Assembly: GCF_009834535.1 (NCBI RefSeq)
Contig: NC_045696.1
Span: 64,668,001-64,732,000 of the forward strand
DNA length: 64,000 nucleotides
DNA from: Camelus ferus
Taxonomy: Eukaryota
Direction of reading: 5' to 3'
A program made the translations under genes and the position numbers. The stretch's first letter is position 1. Each line of letters opens with the position of its first letter. This document shows, piece after piece, positions 39,686 through 50,310 of the stretch. The notes under the pieces are model-generated. The model searched no databases, was not told where the DNA came from, and worked only from the letters and a program-made list of their open reading frames with translations.

Positions 39686-41209
39686 TTTTCTAGTGACAAA
39701 TTTATACATACGTAATTTATAATCGATGGAATTGCTTAAAACCAACTTTCTCCTTGTTATAGAGTGAGTTTTTTCCAATATCTTCTTTGAAAAAGAAAGT
39801 GCCATATAATTGTTTTGTGATGAGAAATGGTTTTTAAAAGTTTAAAGAGAAAAATTGAGGTCAGTGGTATTGTAGTCAATTTATTGTTTCTATTCATATG
39901 TGGAAAATACAAAGTCCTAAATAAATGAAGCCCTTCCTCCTCCTTTTCTTCCTCCTTTTTAAAAAATTCCTATTCTAAAAAAGAAAATCCTACTCTATAC
40001 TTGTTTAACTTTTCTGTAGTATTGATTGGAGATGGGATGATTTTCAAAATATACTCACCAAAATATGGATGTATGGATGGCCCATGTGAATTAATATTTA
40101 TATATTCATTTAAATTAGGTAGTCTCCATGCTTTTACAAATAGAGATGGGGTTAAACTGTCTTTCTGCACATAGCCTCATTTTAATAGGGATTTTTTTTT
40201 AGGTCTTGATTTAGTTTAAATTGAGAACTTTTTTTTTTTGAAAATAGGGTATTCCACATTTGACAAGGGGATGTATGCCCTATATATATTTCTGTAAAGA
40301 TCAGTGCATTCCACTAATTTTTGCTATCAATTCTAGGGAAGATACAGAAAAAAAGAGCTTAAACCACTTGGCCTTATAATGCCATTCTGATCCAACTCAA
40401 AATACAGTGTGTTTTCATATTTAATTAACCTATCTAATGCTATGATAACCCAGTCTTAAAATTGATCATCCATGCTTGAAAATGCTTTCAGAACTCCATA
40501 AAATAATTACATTTTCAAACACGCAGTTTTGGCAACAAGTCACGATTTTTCTCCACCTCCCATGAGTGACTGTCAAAGAGGACTTGAATCTGATGTGCTG
40601 TGAAAAACCTCAAGAGCTAATGACAGTGGGGAGGGAGACCAGGTTATCAGACTACACTTCCCTTTTCCACTTTTCTCGCAACTTCCCGTACCCGTGCTGA
40701 GTCTGTTCCAGAAGTGAGCTGCTCACGTTCCGCACCCCTAAGGAGCCAGCCTTCTACTGTGGGCACACGTGGGAAAGACTGTGGTGGAGGTCTGGCCTCC
40801 CACATTCGTAATGAGTCAGACTTTCTCTCTGAAACACCAATGCATCTGGATAAAAAACATAGAAATACAGAACAAAGTAAACACCAGTCCCTTTTCCACA
40901 GAAGGACAACAATTTTAGGGCATAATGTTTAGAGGAAGACTGAAGGGAGAAGTCATCTAGGTGGCATCCTACCCTAATCAGGATTGGTGGCACTTCACGC
41001 TGTGTTCAGCTACTAAGCAGCAGAATGCAACCTGAACAAACATTTTAATCCCCTGATCAGAAATTTGATCCAGAGCTGTTAACGACGCCACATTTGACTT
41101 GTTGGAATTGTTTCTTTTGTCTGCTCAGAAAAAAGGATAGTATCTCTCTTGGTCCTCTCCTCACCCATTCAGTTCTCACCTGGCCCTTGCCTTGTCATCG
41201 GTGCTGGTT

Positions 41210-41350
41210 CCATGTCTTCCCTCCCATTAGAATGTGAGCAAGCTGAAAGCAGGAACTATGTTCTCTCTCTCTTTATCCCCTACAGCTCTAACAGGGGACC
41301 TGGCACACTTGTTACACAGCTCATGTGTATTTGATTGAATTGAATTATGA
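41210..41350 (+). mobile_element. L2 3' end
   Basis: 'cccattagaatgtgagc...gaaagcaggaact...cctggcac...ttgattgaattgaat'. Confidence 0.7.
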
Positions 41351-41602
41351 GTGACATTTTGAGTCTGGGAATGGAAACAGCTAGAGGGGAAAGGTGGGAA
41401 GGGGCAAGCTAGGGATGAAATATAAATTGGTTGGATTTCTCATGTATGAAACTCCAGCTGCAAGTGTCATAATCCAGAATGACATTTGGTCGCCCCTCTG
41501 TGTCTGTGACGGGAGATGCCACTGACGTGCTCCCCTGTCAGCCTCTCAGGTTAACGAGGCAGGCTGACCCAGAAACAACGAAGCCCTGACCTCTTCAGCT
41601 CT

Positions 41603-41622
41603 GTGTGTGTGTGTGTGTGTGT
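41603..41622. repeat. Short (TG)n microsatellite
   Basis: Direct reading. Confidence 0.9.
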
Positions 41623-42891
41623 CTTCAACTCGTAGAGAAGGGCGACAACCCTGTTTATTGCTGGATGTGGGATGTTTCACAATTTACAGAGTACCTCTAT
41701 GCTGGTTCATTATCATGTTTTATTTTCAAAACAATATGAGTTTACTTTGCCTAGTTTATACTTATGTAAGTTGAGCTTCAGAGCCATTGAATGATTTGCC
41801 CAGGTTCTCCTAGTTAGTGAGGGATGGAACTAACAAGACTGGTGCCTGGCTCTGTTATTCCAAAGAATGGGGAAGAAGAGCATTTCAGAATTACCTGGAG
41901 ACCTTCCAACTCCACATGGACCCTCCCTTCGTGGTGATCCCTGCCCCCTCCCTCGTCCCTCGTCATTGTTGTCATGAGACCATGTTGCATCCCCGGGTGT
42001 CTTAGGGCACGGGGAGGACTGAGAACCTCTGACTCAAGGATTGGACTCCTAGGATCGTGGTTTCTACTCAGGACATTTCCTACCAAATGACTTACCTGTT
42101 GTCTCATCCCCTAAGCAGTAATTCTAAAGAATGGCTCCAGGTGAGTTGAAAGGGGCACGCGAGTAGGTCACTCGGTTCCTGTCTGTCCCTTTGCTTCCTT
42201 TTGCACGGCTCCATAGCCTTCCCATCTCTGGGTTGCTGCATTTTGCTTGTTGCCCTTGGGCTGAAGGAGGGCGTGCTGTGCGAAATGATTGCATCTACGT
42301 GCCAGCTGGCACAAGGAAGCCATGCTGTGCATATTTATTTGTGCCCATGCCACTTGACAACAGTAAGATTTAGAATTTGGCTTGCATTTGTAAAGGAATT
42401 CAGAAGGAGGCCTTTTTCTCAACTGGCTACTCACCAACCCCTGTAAATATCTGACTTTTCGATCCTAGTTAGCTACCGGTTTCTCCACGTTAGTCTGGCA
42501 ATATTTGACTTCTCTGCACAGAATAAATATTTGGGATGGAAGACATGGACCTATTTTCTTTATTGCCCCAAGGAGAATTTGCAAGCAGATCACTTCCACT
42601 TTTGGCAGTGAGGTACAGTGCCAAGCCTCTTGCCAGTCTTTCCAGATTTTTTGAGGTCCCTTCTGGTTCTGAGATCTATGATTCTTAGGACTGGAGGCAG
42701 GAGGTTTTATGTGTGTGTATGTGTTTCTTTTTTCTTTATTTATATTTGGTCTTTGCCCAAGCTCTTCTCTACTTACTCAACTTAGCCTTGCTTCTTCCCT
42801 AAACTGGAGACACAATTTTCCCACCAGTAAGAATATCTACTTCATGACAGGCACCGTGCTCCATAAATTGTCTAGATTATCTCTAATCTTT

Positions 42892-43158
42892 AAGACAAAT
42901 ATCATATGGTATCACTTATATGTGGACTCTTAAAAAATGATGCAGACAAACTTATTTACAAAACAGAAAGACTCACAGAGAAAACAAACTATGGTTGGGG
43001 GGAAGCAGGAGGGAGGGATAAATTGGGAGTTTGGGGTTGGCAGATGCAAACTACTATGTACAGAATAGATAAACAACAAGGTCCTACTACACAGCACAGA
43101 GAACTATATCCAATGGCTTGAAGTAAACTGTAATGAAGAAGACTGTATGTATATATAT

Positions 43159-43204
<46 letters not shown>

Positions 43205-43285
43205 AATCACTTTGGTGTACACCAAAAACTAATACAACATTGTCAGTCAAGTACAATTTTTAAAATGGGGGGAAAAAGGGAAAAA
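42892..43285 (+). mobile_element. Artiodactyl-type L1 3' end nested in an antisense MIR
   Basis: 'agacaaatatcatatggtatcacttatatgtgga...gggagggataaattgggagtttgggg...aacaacaaggtcctact...ctgaatcactttggtgtacacc'; MIR-like sequence continues on both sides (about 42830-42891 and 43286-43420). Confidence 0.88.
43161..43202. repeat. (AC)21 microsatellite inside L1 3' UTR
   Basis: Direct reading. Confidence 0.97.
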
Positions 43286-45269
43286 AATAGCCCTGCAGTG
43301 GGAGGGCTATTGTTCCCAAAACCCAGTGGGGAAGGTGAAGGACTCTGTACTATATTGTCTTAAGTCCACAGCTGGAGAACTTGAATTCCAAACCTGTTCT
43401 TGTCAAGTTTCAAAGCCTGTATTTATTGTATGTAATATTGCATAGGTAAGCTAAAAAGAAACTTAGTTTTAAAGAAGGTAGCAATTTCTTTATTGCCTGT
43501 CGTATTCAACCTGCTATCCATTGGGGGAGACTCTCATCATCTTGAGGGAAGATTTCAGAAAATGTGAGGGAAAAGTGCTCATTTCATTTTGGGCATGTGT
43601 GGAAACAAAAGCAATGGTTGGATTAAAGTCAGCCATGAATTCCTTAAAGAGAATGTGGGGTTAAGAGAAGGGATGTTTGAAATTCTCGAGTCATGTATAA
43701 TCATATTCCCTCAGTTCACCTGATGGATGAGAGTCTGATGGTGCGAGGAGTCCACCCCCCGACTTTACAGGGGGCTCCTGAGAGGGTGATGCCCTCCAAG
43801 CCCATTTTGGTACCTGTAGACCTACAACCTGAGCCTCCGATCTTGAGCACAGTTTTCAGTTTTGTGGGCTACCATGAGATACTTTGGTCCCCCACAAAAT
43901 TGTAGGGAGGCAGAATCCCAGCTTGTTTGCCTTGTCTCAGAGGTGAGCCCACTACATTGATACGGACTTCAGAGCTGGGCAGGTGGCAATTTAGACATTT
44001 TGAACCTAAGAATACAATCTGGGAAAAATGCTGGGATTGAATGAACCTCATAAATAAAATATAGGAGGGGGGCTCAAAGACTAAAATTCCCAGTGAATGA
44101 TGCACCAAGGGAAACAGCCCTTTAGGTTTTGAGTGACAGTGTGGCCTGTCTCCTGTGGGCAGCTTGTCAGGTGAGGCGTTTGGGCAGCAGGTGGGAAGCA
44201 TGCTGGCAGGCCTAGGCAGGATGGCATTTTTTCTACCGTATAGATTTTTATGCAGAACACACACCAAGCAAATGATTCTCAGCAGGGAAGGATGCAGATT
44301 ATTTCTTGGGTATTACATCCACTGAGGGAGATGAAATATGGATCCTGGAAGCATTTTTGGCAAACTCTCCAATTGCCACAAGGAGCGGTTATAAGGAAGA
44401 AGAATGTAGGCTTTTTATCAGTCTATTGAAACCTTGAAATATTTTTCAATTTTGAGTGCATATGTGTGTGAATGTTGATTTGATCTCGTACTGAATCATG
44501 CATTTTGTTTCTAAGTTCAAAGCCAGCGTAGATTTTCATGTCTCCTTCACCTCGGGGTATGGAAATGGGATAGGCAGAAGTGGAGAGGGAACAGGGCACA
44601 GATGCCCAAGAGAGTTCATATGAGAAGAGCTTAACAGAGCTCCTTTTGTGACTGCTCACCTGTCGCCCATAAACGACACAGAATAGCCAGGCTTGAAGCA
44701 ATCAATAGATTTTTCAATAGATTGTTTTGTCCTCCCAGTCCATCTCAGCTACTTTCCCCAAAAGTTACAGAGAAGCCCTCGCTTTGCTGGACTGGGGACT
44801 GATTATCCTGTGTTGCTAAACTCCGTTCCTCTGCTAACTGCTGAAAAATCACCCATCTGGAGGTGGTTTTCTGACTTCAGATGTGACAAAGGAAAGCACA
44901 GAGCTAAGAGAATTTCCCAGTTTCTTCTTCTAAATGGTAAGCTTGCAGTCAAATAAGTTTGGAGTACAGCAATTTATCTCAAATTTCTTACATTTCAGGA
45001 AAATTCAACAAGCAAACTTAAGACTTACAATAAGCAAGTGTCAGAATTGGGCTTAATACTTGGATTCCAAAATATTGTGCTTGGGTGGGAGGAAGTGTTA
45101 GTTCTCAAATTATACCAGGCTCAGGGTTGCTCATAAAACCTCTGATAAATAATAGAGAAGGCCATGAACTTGACAGCGAGTGCTCAAAGATGTCCACAGG
45201 AAGTGCTTAGAGGAAACAGGCCTCAGCCGGCACCTCCCTGCGCGTACCCTGGTCGAGTCTGCCTTTCCC

Positions 45270-45620
45270 CATCCCTGCACTGCGCTTTCACTCCTCTCTG
45301 CTTTCGTACGTGCTCTGTCCTTTACCTGGAAACATCTGTTCCTTTTTTGAAGCCTGGCTCAAATGTCCTCTATTCTGTAAAGTCTCTTCCAGGTCCCCAC
45401 CCCTTGGGGGAGGAGGGGTGTTCAATTTCTCCCTCATCAGTGACTCAAAATTCTAGTTATAGCTCAATTTTCAATAGTTAGCATGTTATACTATTTTTTT
45501 AATCAGGTGTCTGTCTATGACCTTGATCAGGCTATAAACCAGGTCTTATCTGTGCATCCCCAGCCCCAAGCAAGTGCTTCACACCTAATAGGGACTTGGT
45601 AACTTTTATTAATTTGATGT
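45270..45620 (+). mobile_element. L2 LINE 3' fragment
   Basis: 'ggctcaaatgtcctctattctgtaaagtctcttcc...tctgtgcatccccagccccaagcaagtgc'. Confidence 0.65.
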
Positions 45621-46719
45621 CAATTTTTAAACTGTCCTCAGCCAAAGAGCAGATAATCTTACTTTGTGGGGACGTGTGTGTGAGACAGTCAAGCTTTGAT
45701 GTATGAAGGCAGAAGCAGCATTTGTAATTGAACAGGGTTATTACTTTTCTCTTTCCCATCTGTGAATCTCATCTAAGAGCCTTCACAGCTTGGAATGAGA
45801 TGGAAACTAAGATTTTGAAGGCTTTCATTTCTCGGCCTGAGGGTTAGAGAGAATATTTTTGGCTCCACTTCTGGGGAGGAGAAAATTCAAATTTATCATG
45901 AATGTGCTGCCCTTTTTATACATCACCTAACTCTTCTCATCTTATTGTATATCATACTCTGTATTTCTTTTCTTTGCTTTCTCTTTCCTTCCTCTCTCCC
46001 TTCTCTCTCTCTGTCCCCCCTTCCTCCCTTTTTCCTTTCCTTCCCTCCTCCTTAGCAATGGTAATTAATTTTGAAAATCTGTGTAATATCATCCCCTACA
46101 TCTAAAGGCATTTATCGGCCAACAGTGGATGGAATCATGGGATACACAATGAGTTTAGGGACGTCTGTGGGTTCAGAATCAAATTCTACTGGCAGCACTC
46201 TGCTTACCTCAACTCATTTTTAGCATTTTTCTTTGAGTTCTTCAACATGAGCTCTTTAAAAAAAACAATAATATTAACTATAAGTGTTCTTTATAGCCTT
46301 TATGATTTCATTGTAGAATCGGAAAAGAAGAGAAATAGAAAGAATCTTGGCAATCATCTCAACAAGTCCCTTACAGTTCCTGAGATTAGAATTTACTTAG
46401 GTTCAATTTAGACACCTCCACAGAAAGCGATTCATCCTCTTCCACGTTAGCACATTCCTTTGTTAGTCAACGTTGATGCTCCTTTGCCATCATGGGTGTA
46501 ACAGATGGAGCAACAGCCACATCAACAACCCGGTTTATCGCCCTTTCCCACACGCATGTTCCGAAGATGCCCAGACCAACTCCAGTGCTCACAGTTTCTC
46601 GGAGTGTCCGGCTTGTGTGCCAAGGGCAGTTCCAGAGCCTTCATAAACCACCATATTGGCCTCAGATCCTGTTTTTAGCATTTACCGGTTCCTCCTTCTC
46701 CTTGTCAGTTTCTTTTCAT

Positions 46720-46900
46720 CACAGAATCTCTGCCAAAGTCCCGCCTAGTGGCTGCTGGAGCGGCACCATCAGCTTCACTTGTGAGCTTCTTTGAAACTTG
46801 GAATCTTGGGTCCACCTCAGACTCATTGAAGTGGATCAGCGTTTTCGTAAGATCCTCAAGTGAGTTGTATGTACATTTGAGCTGGGGAAGCATTGCTCTG
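46720..46900. mobile_element. MER5-like element
   Basis: 'catcagcttcacttgtgagcttctttgaaact...ccacctcagactcattgaa...tcctcaagtgagttgtatgtacatttgagctggggaagcattg'. Confidence 0.6.
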
Positions 46901-47314
46901 CCTAAGTAGTGTCTTACGATGCGTATGGCCTTGCTCATTATGAAAACACTAATGTCAGAACTGGAAGAGGAGCCGCTGGCTGATACCCACGTCAGAATGA
47001 CCGAGCCGAGGTGAGCTCTGTACACCAGGTGGGAGATGACTTCTCAAGTTTTGTGACTCACTTTGTCACCCAAGCAGAGGCCTGTGCAGCCATGTCCTGA
47101 GTCCCTCCTCCTCAGTGGAGCTTTGCACAGAAGTTGCTCCTTCAGCCTCCCCTCTCCCTTGAGTTCCCTTCTCTGGAGGCAGTCCAGAAAAGTAATCTAC
47201 ACTTTTGGGCAGATGCCATGGTGTCCTTTCCAGTGATTTTTTTTTTTTCCCAGCCTCTCTCTAGGCTTCTAATATAGCCCTTGCTCCTGCTCCTTTTGCC
47301 TGAAATCAAAAAGC

Positions 47315-47620
47315 CTACCTAGAAATTAGTTCATGCCAGTAGACATTTATGGACTCACCGTTTCCCAGCAGGACATCAGACACACACAAACAAGTCTGAA
47401 TTCCTTTCGGATTTAGCTGGACCGTCCTATAGTCACTTATGCTGAACTGACATCTAATATCCAGAAACTTCTCTATTTTCTCTTTGTTGCCTTCTGGAGC
47501 CATGAAAAAATATGCTTTAAACCCCTCTTCCATGTGTCTGTCCTTTAGGTATTTGAAGAGCATTTTTATGTCCCTGACCCCAAACCTTTTCATTTGTGAA
47601 TATTCCCCTTTCTCTCACCT
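47315..47620 (-). mobile_element. CR1/L3 LINE ORF2 C-terminal remnant
   Basis: ORF 47315-47593 'RDIKMLFKYLKDRHMEEG...FFMAPEG...RCQFSI...TVQ' parallels the CR1/L3 C-terminal pattern GD(L/M)IxVFKYLKGCHxEEG..LFxxAPEGRT..RFRLNI..LTV. Confidence 0.75.
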
Positions 47621-48484
47621 TTTCTTCCCTGCATGTTTGATTTTCAGTTATTTACTCTGAAACTAGCTTAACACTCTAAGAATGGATGATATAGACTGAG
47701 CACAAGATAAACTGATCACCGTAAGCAGGAAATCACAGAAGGCAGAGTGCTAGCACAGAGGACATTCTCGTAATAACTAAGATTTCGTAAAAAGTAGCAG
47801 AAGACTCCTACTAGCAACCGAGCTGGAAAATAATTCTGTGGTTTTACTGCCTCTCATGTGTCAAGCAGATGAGCTACTGACATTCTCTTCTCAAAATATC
47901 AGTGTCCATATCACCTCTTTTCCAGTTTATTTATATTCTAGATTTTAGTTTCTCAGCACTCATTCTAGGAACTCTTCAGTCATAAAATTCTAAGAGTCTA
48001 TTCTTCAGAGGTTCTCTGCATCCTGGGCTATTCACGTTACTGAATATTAGAAACAATAAACTTAGGGATCATAATAAATCTGATATGAGAATTGTTGTGA
48101 TTGCTGAAGCTTTTGTAAGTTGATGAGACGTGTGTCTAAGTAAACACTAAACATCTTAGGATCATAGGCAAGAATCACTTGTGATATTCTTTTGCTTCTT
48201 AGTTGGTAGATGCAGTGCTTTAGAAATAAAGAAAACAAACAAGAAGATAAACAGAATAAATCATCAGTGATTTTGAAACTTCCCTGAGGCTGAGACAATG
48301 CAGCACACTTTCTTTCCTTTGCCAGTGATTCAGATAATCTCATACAACCTGAGTTTATCCTTCTAGTTAAGTTTGCTCCATTGGAAGATGTTACATATGA
48401 CAACTATATATGATATACTAGTTCTCAGTAGAGGACAGTTAAGGTTATATGTGTTATATTTTAAAGCTGTGTCTAAATATAAAT

Positions 48485-48590
48485 ATTTTTATTGATGTAT
48501 AGTTGATTTACAATATTGTGTAAGTTTCAGGTGTACAGCATAGTAATTCAGTATTTTTGCAGATTATATTATGTTATTACAAGATAAGGG
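48485..48590 (-). mobile_element. Artiodactyl-type L1 extreme 3' end
   Basis: 'attgatgtatagttgatttacaatattgtgtaagtttcaggtgtacagcatagtaattcagtatttttgcagatta...ttattacaagata'. Confidence 0.8.
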
Positions 48591-48639
48591 GTCTAAATAT
48601 AAAATTAATAATTACCTATTATAGAACTTTAAAATTATA

Positions 48640-49045
48640 GTTTATTATAATCACAAAGAAATTAAGATGATTCATAATCCTACTGCTGTTAAACATGTAA
48701 TATTTGGCATACAGTTTTCTAATTTACTGATGAAATATTCATTGATAAGATTATTGATAATATACAATTTTCTATTCTGCTTTTATCACCTGTCATATAT
48801 TACTATATTATTAAACAGCCTTTGTTTTTAATTATTGCATAATATTCCAGTGCATGAATATACCATAATTTATTTTACCATTCTCTTATTGCTGGACATT
48901 TAGGTTTATTTCCACTTTTTTTTCCTTCCCACTGGGATGAATATCTTTATATGTAAAGTTCAACCACTTCTGTGATGATTTCCTTTGCTAGATTCTGTGA
49001 ATTGGGATTGATGAGTTAAAAATTATGGACATATGCACATCTTTT
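48640..49045 (-). mobile_element. L1ME-like fragment
   Basis: 'aatattccagtgcatgaatataccataattta...tggacatttaggttt...gatgaatatcttt'. Confidence 0.7.
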
Positions 49046-49115
49046 AGACATACATGGTTTTTAGTTTGCCAGTTAATTGAAATGGCATTTAACATATGAC
49101 ACTTGGATAGAGTAT

Positions 49116-49116
<1 letters not shown>

Positions 49117-49156
<40 letters not shown>
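49117..49156. repeat. (GT)20 microsatellite
   Basis: Direct reading. Confidence 0.97.
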
Positions 49157-49158
<2 letters not shown>

Positions 49159-49499
49159 GGGGAGATAGAGAATTCGAGTTACATATTTTCAAAGAAAGAA
49201 AAAAATCATTTGTTAGTAAATGATGCAAGACCCTCTCAGTTAACTAATGTGAAACACTCTAAAAATGTGATTCTTATAATGGGAAAACTTAATTCTGTAA
49301 TTATAGAAAAGGGAGAATTTCCAAACTTTTGTTTCCCAGTAGAAAACACAGACACACACAAACGCACACACGCACTCACTCACACACATTTAAATGTGTA
49401 ATTGTGGTTTATTTTTTGCACAACACTAGAAGTATTTGGAGATTGAATAATCTCTTTTAAAATATTTAAAAAAGGTTTAATATTTCCTTCATGTCATAA

Positions 49500-49630
49500 G
49501 AGCAAAACACAGAAAAACTAGACTAAATTCCATGAAGGCAGAGATGGAGGCTGTTTCAGTGAGTCTCTGCCTCAGCTTCCAGCAGGGCTCTTAGCACATG
49601 GAAGGTACACAGTAGACATTTGAGCAACAT
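49500..49630 (+). mobile_element. L2 3' end
   Basis: 'actagactaaattccatgaaggcagagat...ttagcacatggaagg...tagacatttg'. Confidence 0.6.
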
Positions 49631-49704
49631 AGAGAACCTCCTGCCTGTGAGACTATTTGAGTGAAAAAATAGTCAGGATAAGTTTATTTTTATAGAAACT
49701 CTTT

Positions 49705-49844
49705 TAAAATTTTATTTATTTATTTTTTGTTGGGGAGGGGTAATAAGATTTATTTGTTTATTTTTAAAGGAGGTACTGGGGATTGAACCCAAGACCTTGT
49801 GCATGCTAAGCATGCACTCTGCTGCTTGAGGTATATCCTCCCCC
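49705..49844 (-). mobile_element. Vic-1-type tRNA-Ala-derived SINE (second, more diverged copy)
   Basis: Minus strand GGGGGAGGATATACCTCAAGCAGCAGAGTGCATGCTTAGCATGCACAAGGTCTTGGGTTCAATCCCCAGTACCTCC plus A-rich and CCCCTCCCC tail; B box intact, A box decayed. Confidence 0.88.
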
Positions 49845-50104
49845 ATATAAAATTTCTTAAGTAGACAGCAATATAATAGAAGGGAAAAAAAGGATCCAAA
49901 GGATCAATCTGAAGTTGAAGGCTCTTTTTTTTTTTCATTTTTCATTTTTATTAGGTAGAATTGTTATAATTTGACTACACGTATACAACTTATTGCATGT
50001 AAATACATATACACAATATACTACACATATTTTTAAAACTTACGTATATGTACTGTTCATTGTTTCTAAGAATGTTTAGAACTTTAGCTTTTTAAACTTA
50101 CATA

Positions 50105-50310
50105 GTTATCAAAGGAATAAAGCCAACCACAAAATAAGAATTAATTCAAAAAGATACATACATCTCGCTATTAACAGCAACGTTATTTATAATTGCCAAG
50201 ATGTGGAAGCATCCTAAGTGCGCATCAATAGATGAAGAAGATGCAGCATATGTATGTAATGGAATACAACTCACCCATTAGAAAGAAGGATATTTTGCCA
50301 TTTGCAGCCC
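50105..50310 (+). mobile_element. Internal L1 ORF2 C-terminal fragment without 3' UTR
   Basis: 'ttcaaaaagatacatacatc...tttataattgccaagatgtggaagcatcctaagtgcgcatcaatagatga...aatggaatacaactc...ttttgccatttgcagc'. Confidence 0.8.

Noticed and set aside
46940..47016. ATG-initiated peptide MKTLMSELEEEPLADTHVRMTEP ending at AG|gtgagc
   Set aside because: No recognisable homology or promoter context; adjacent to a MER5-like element
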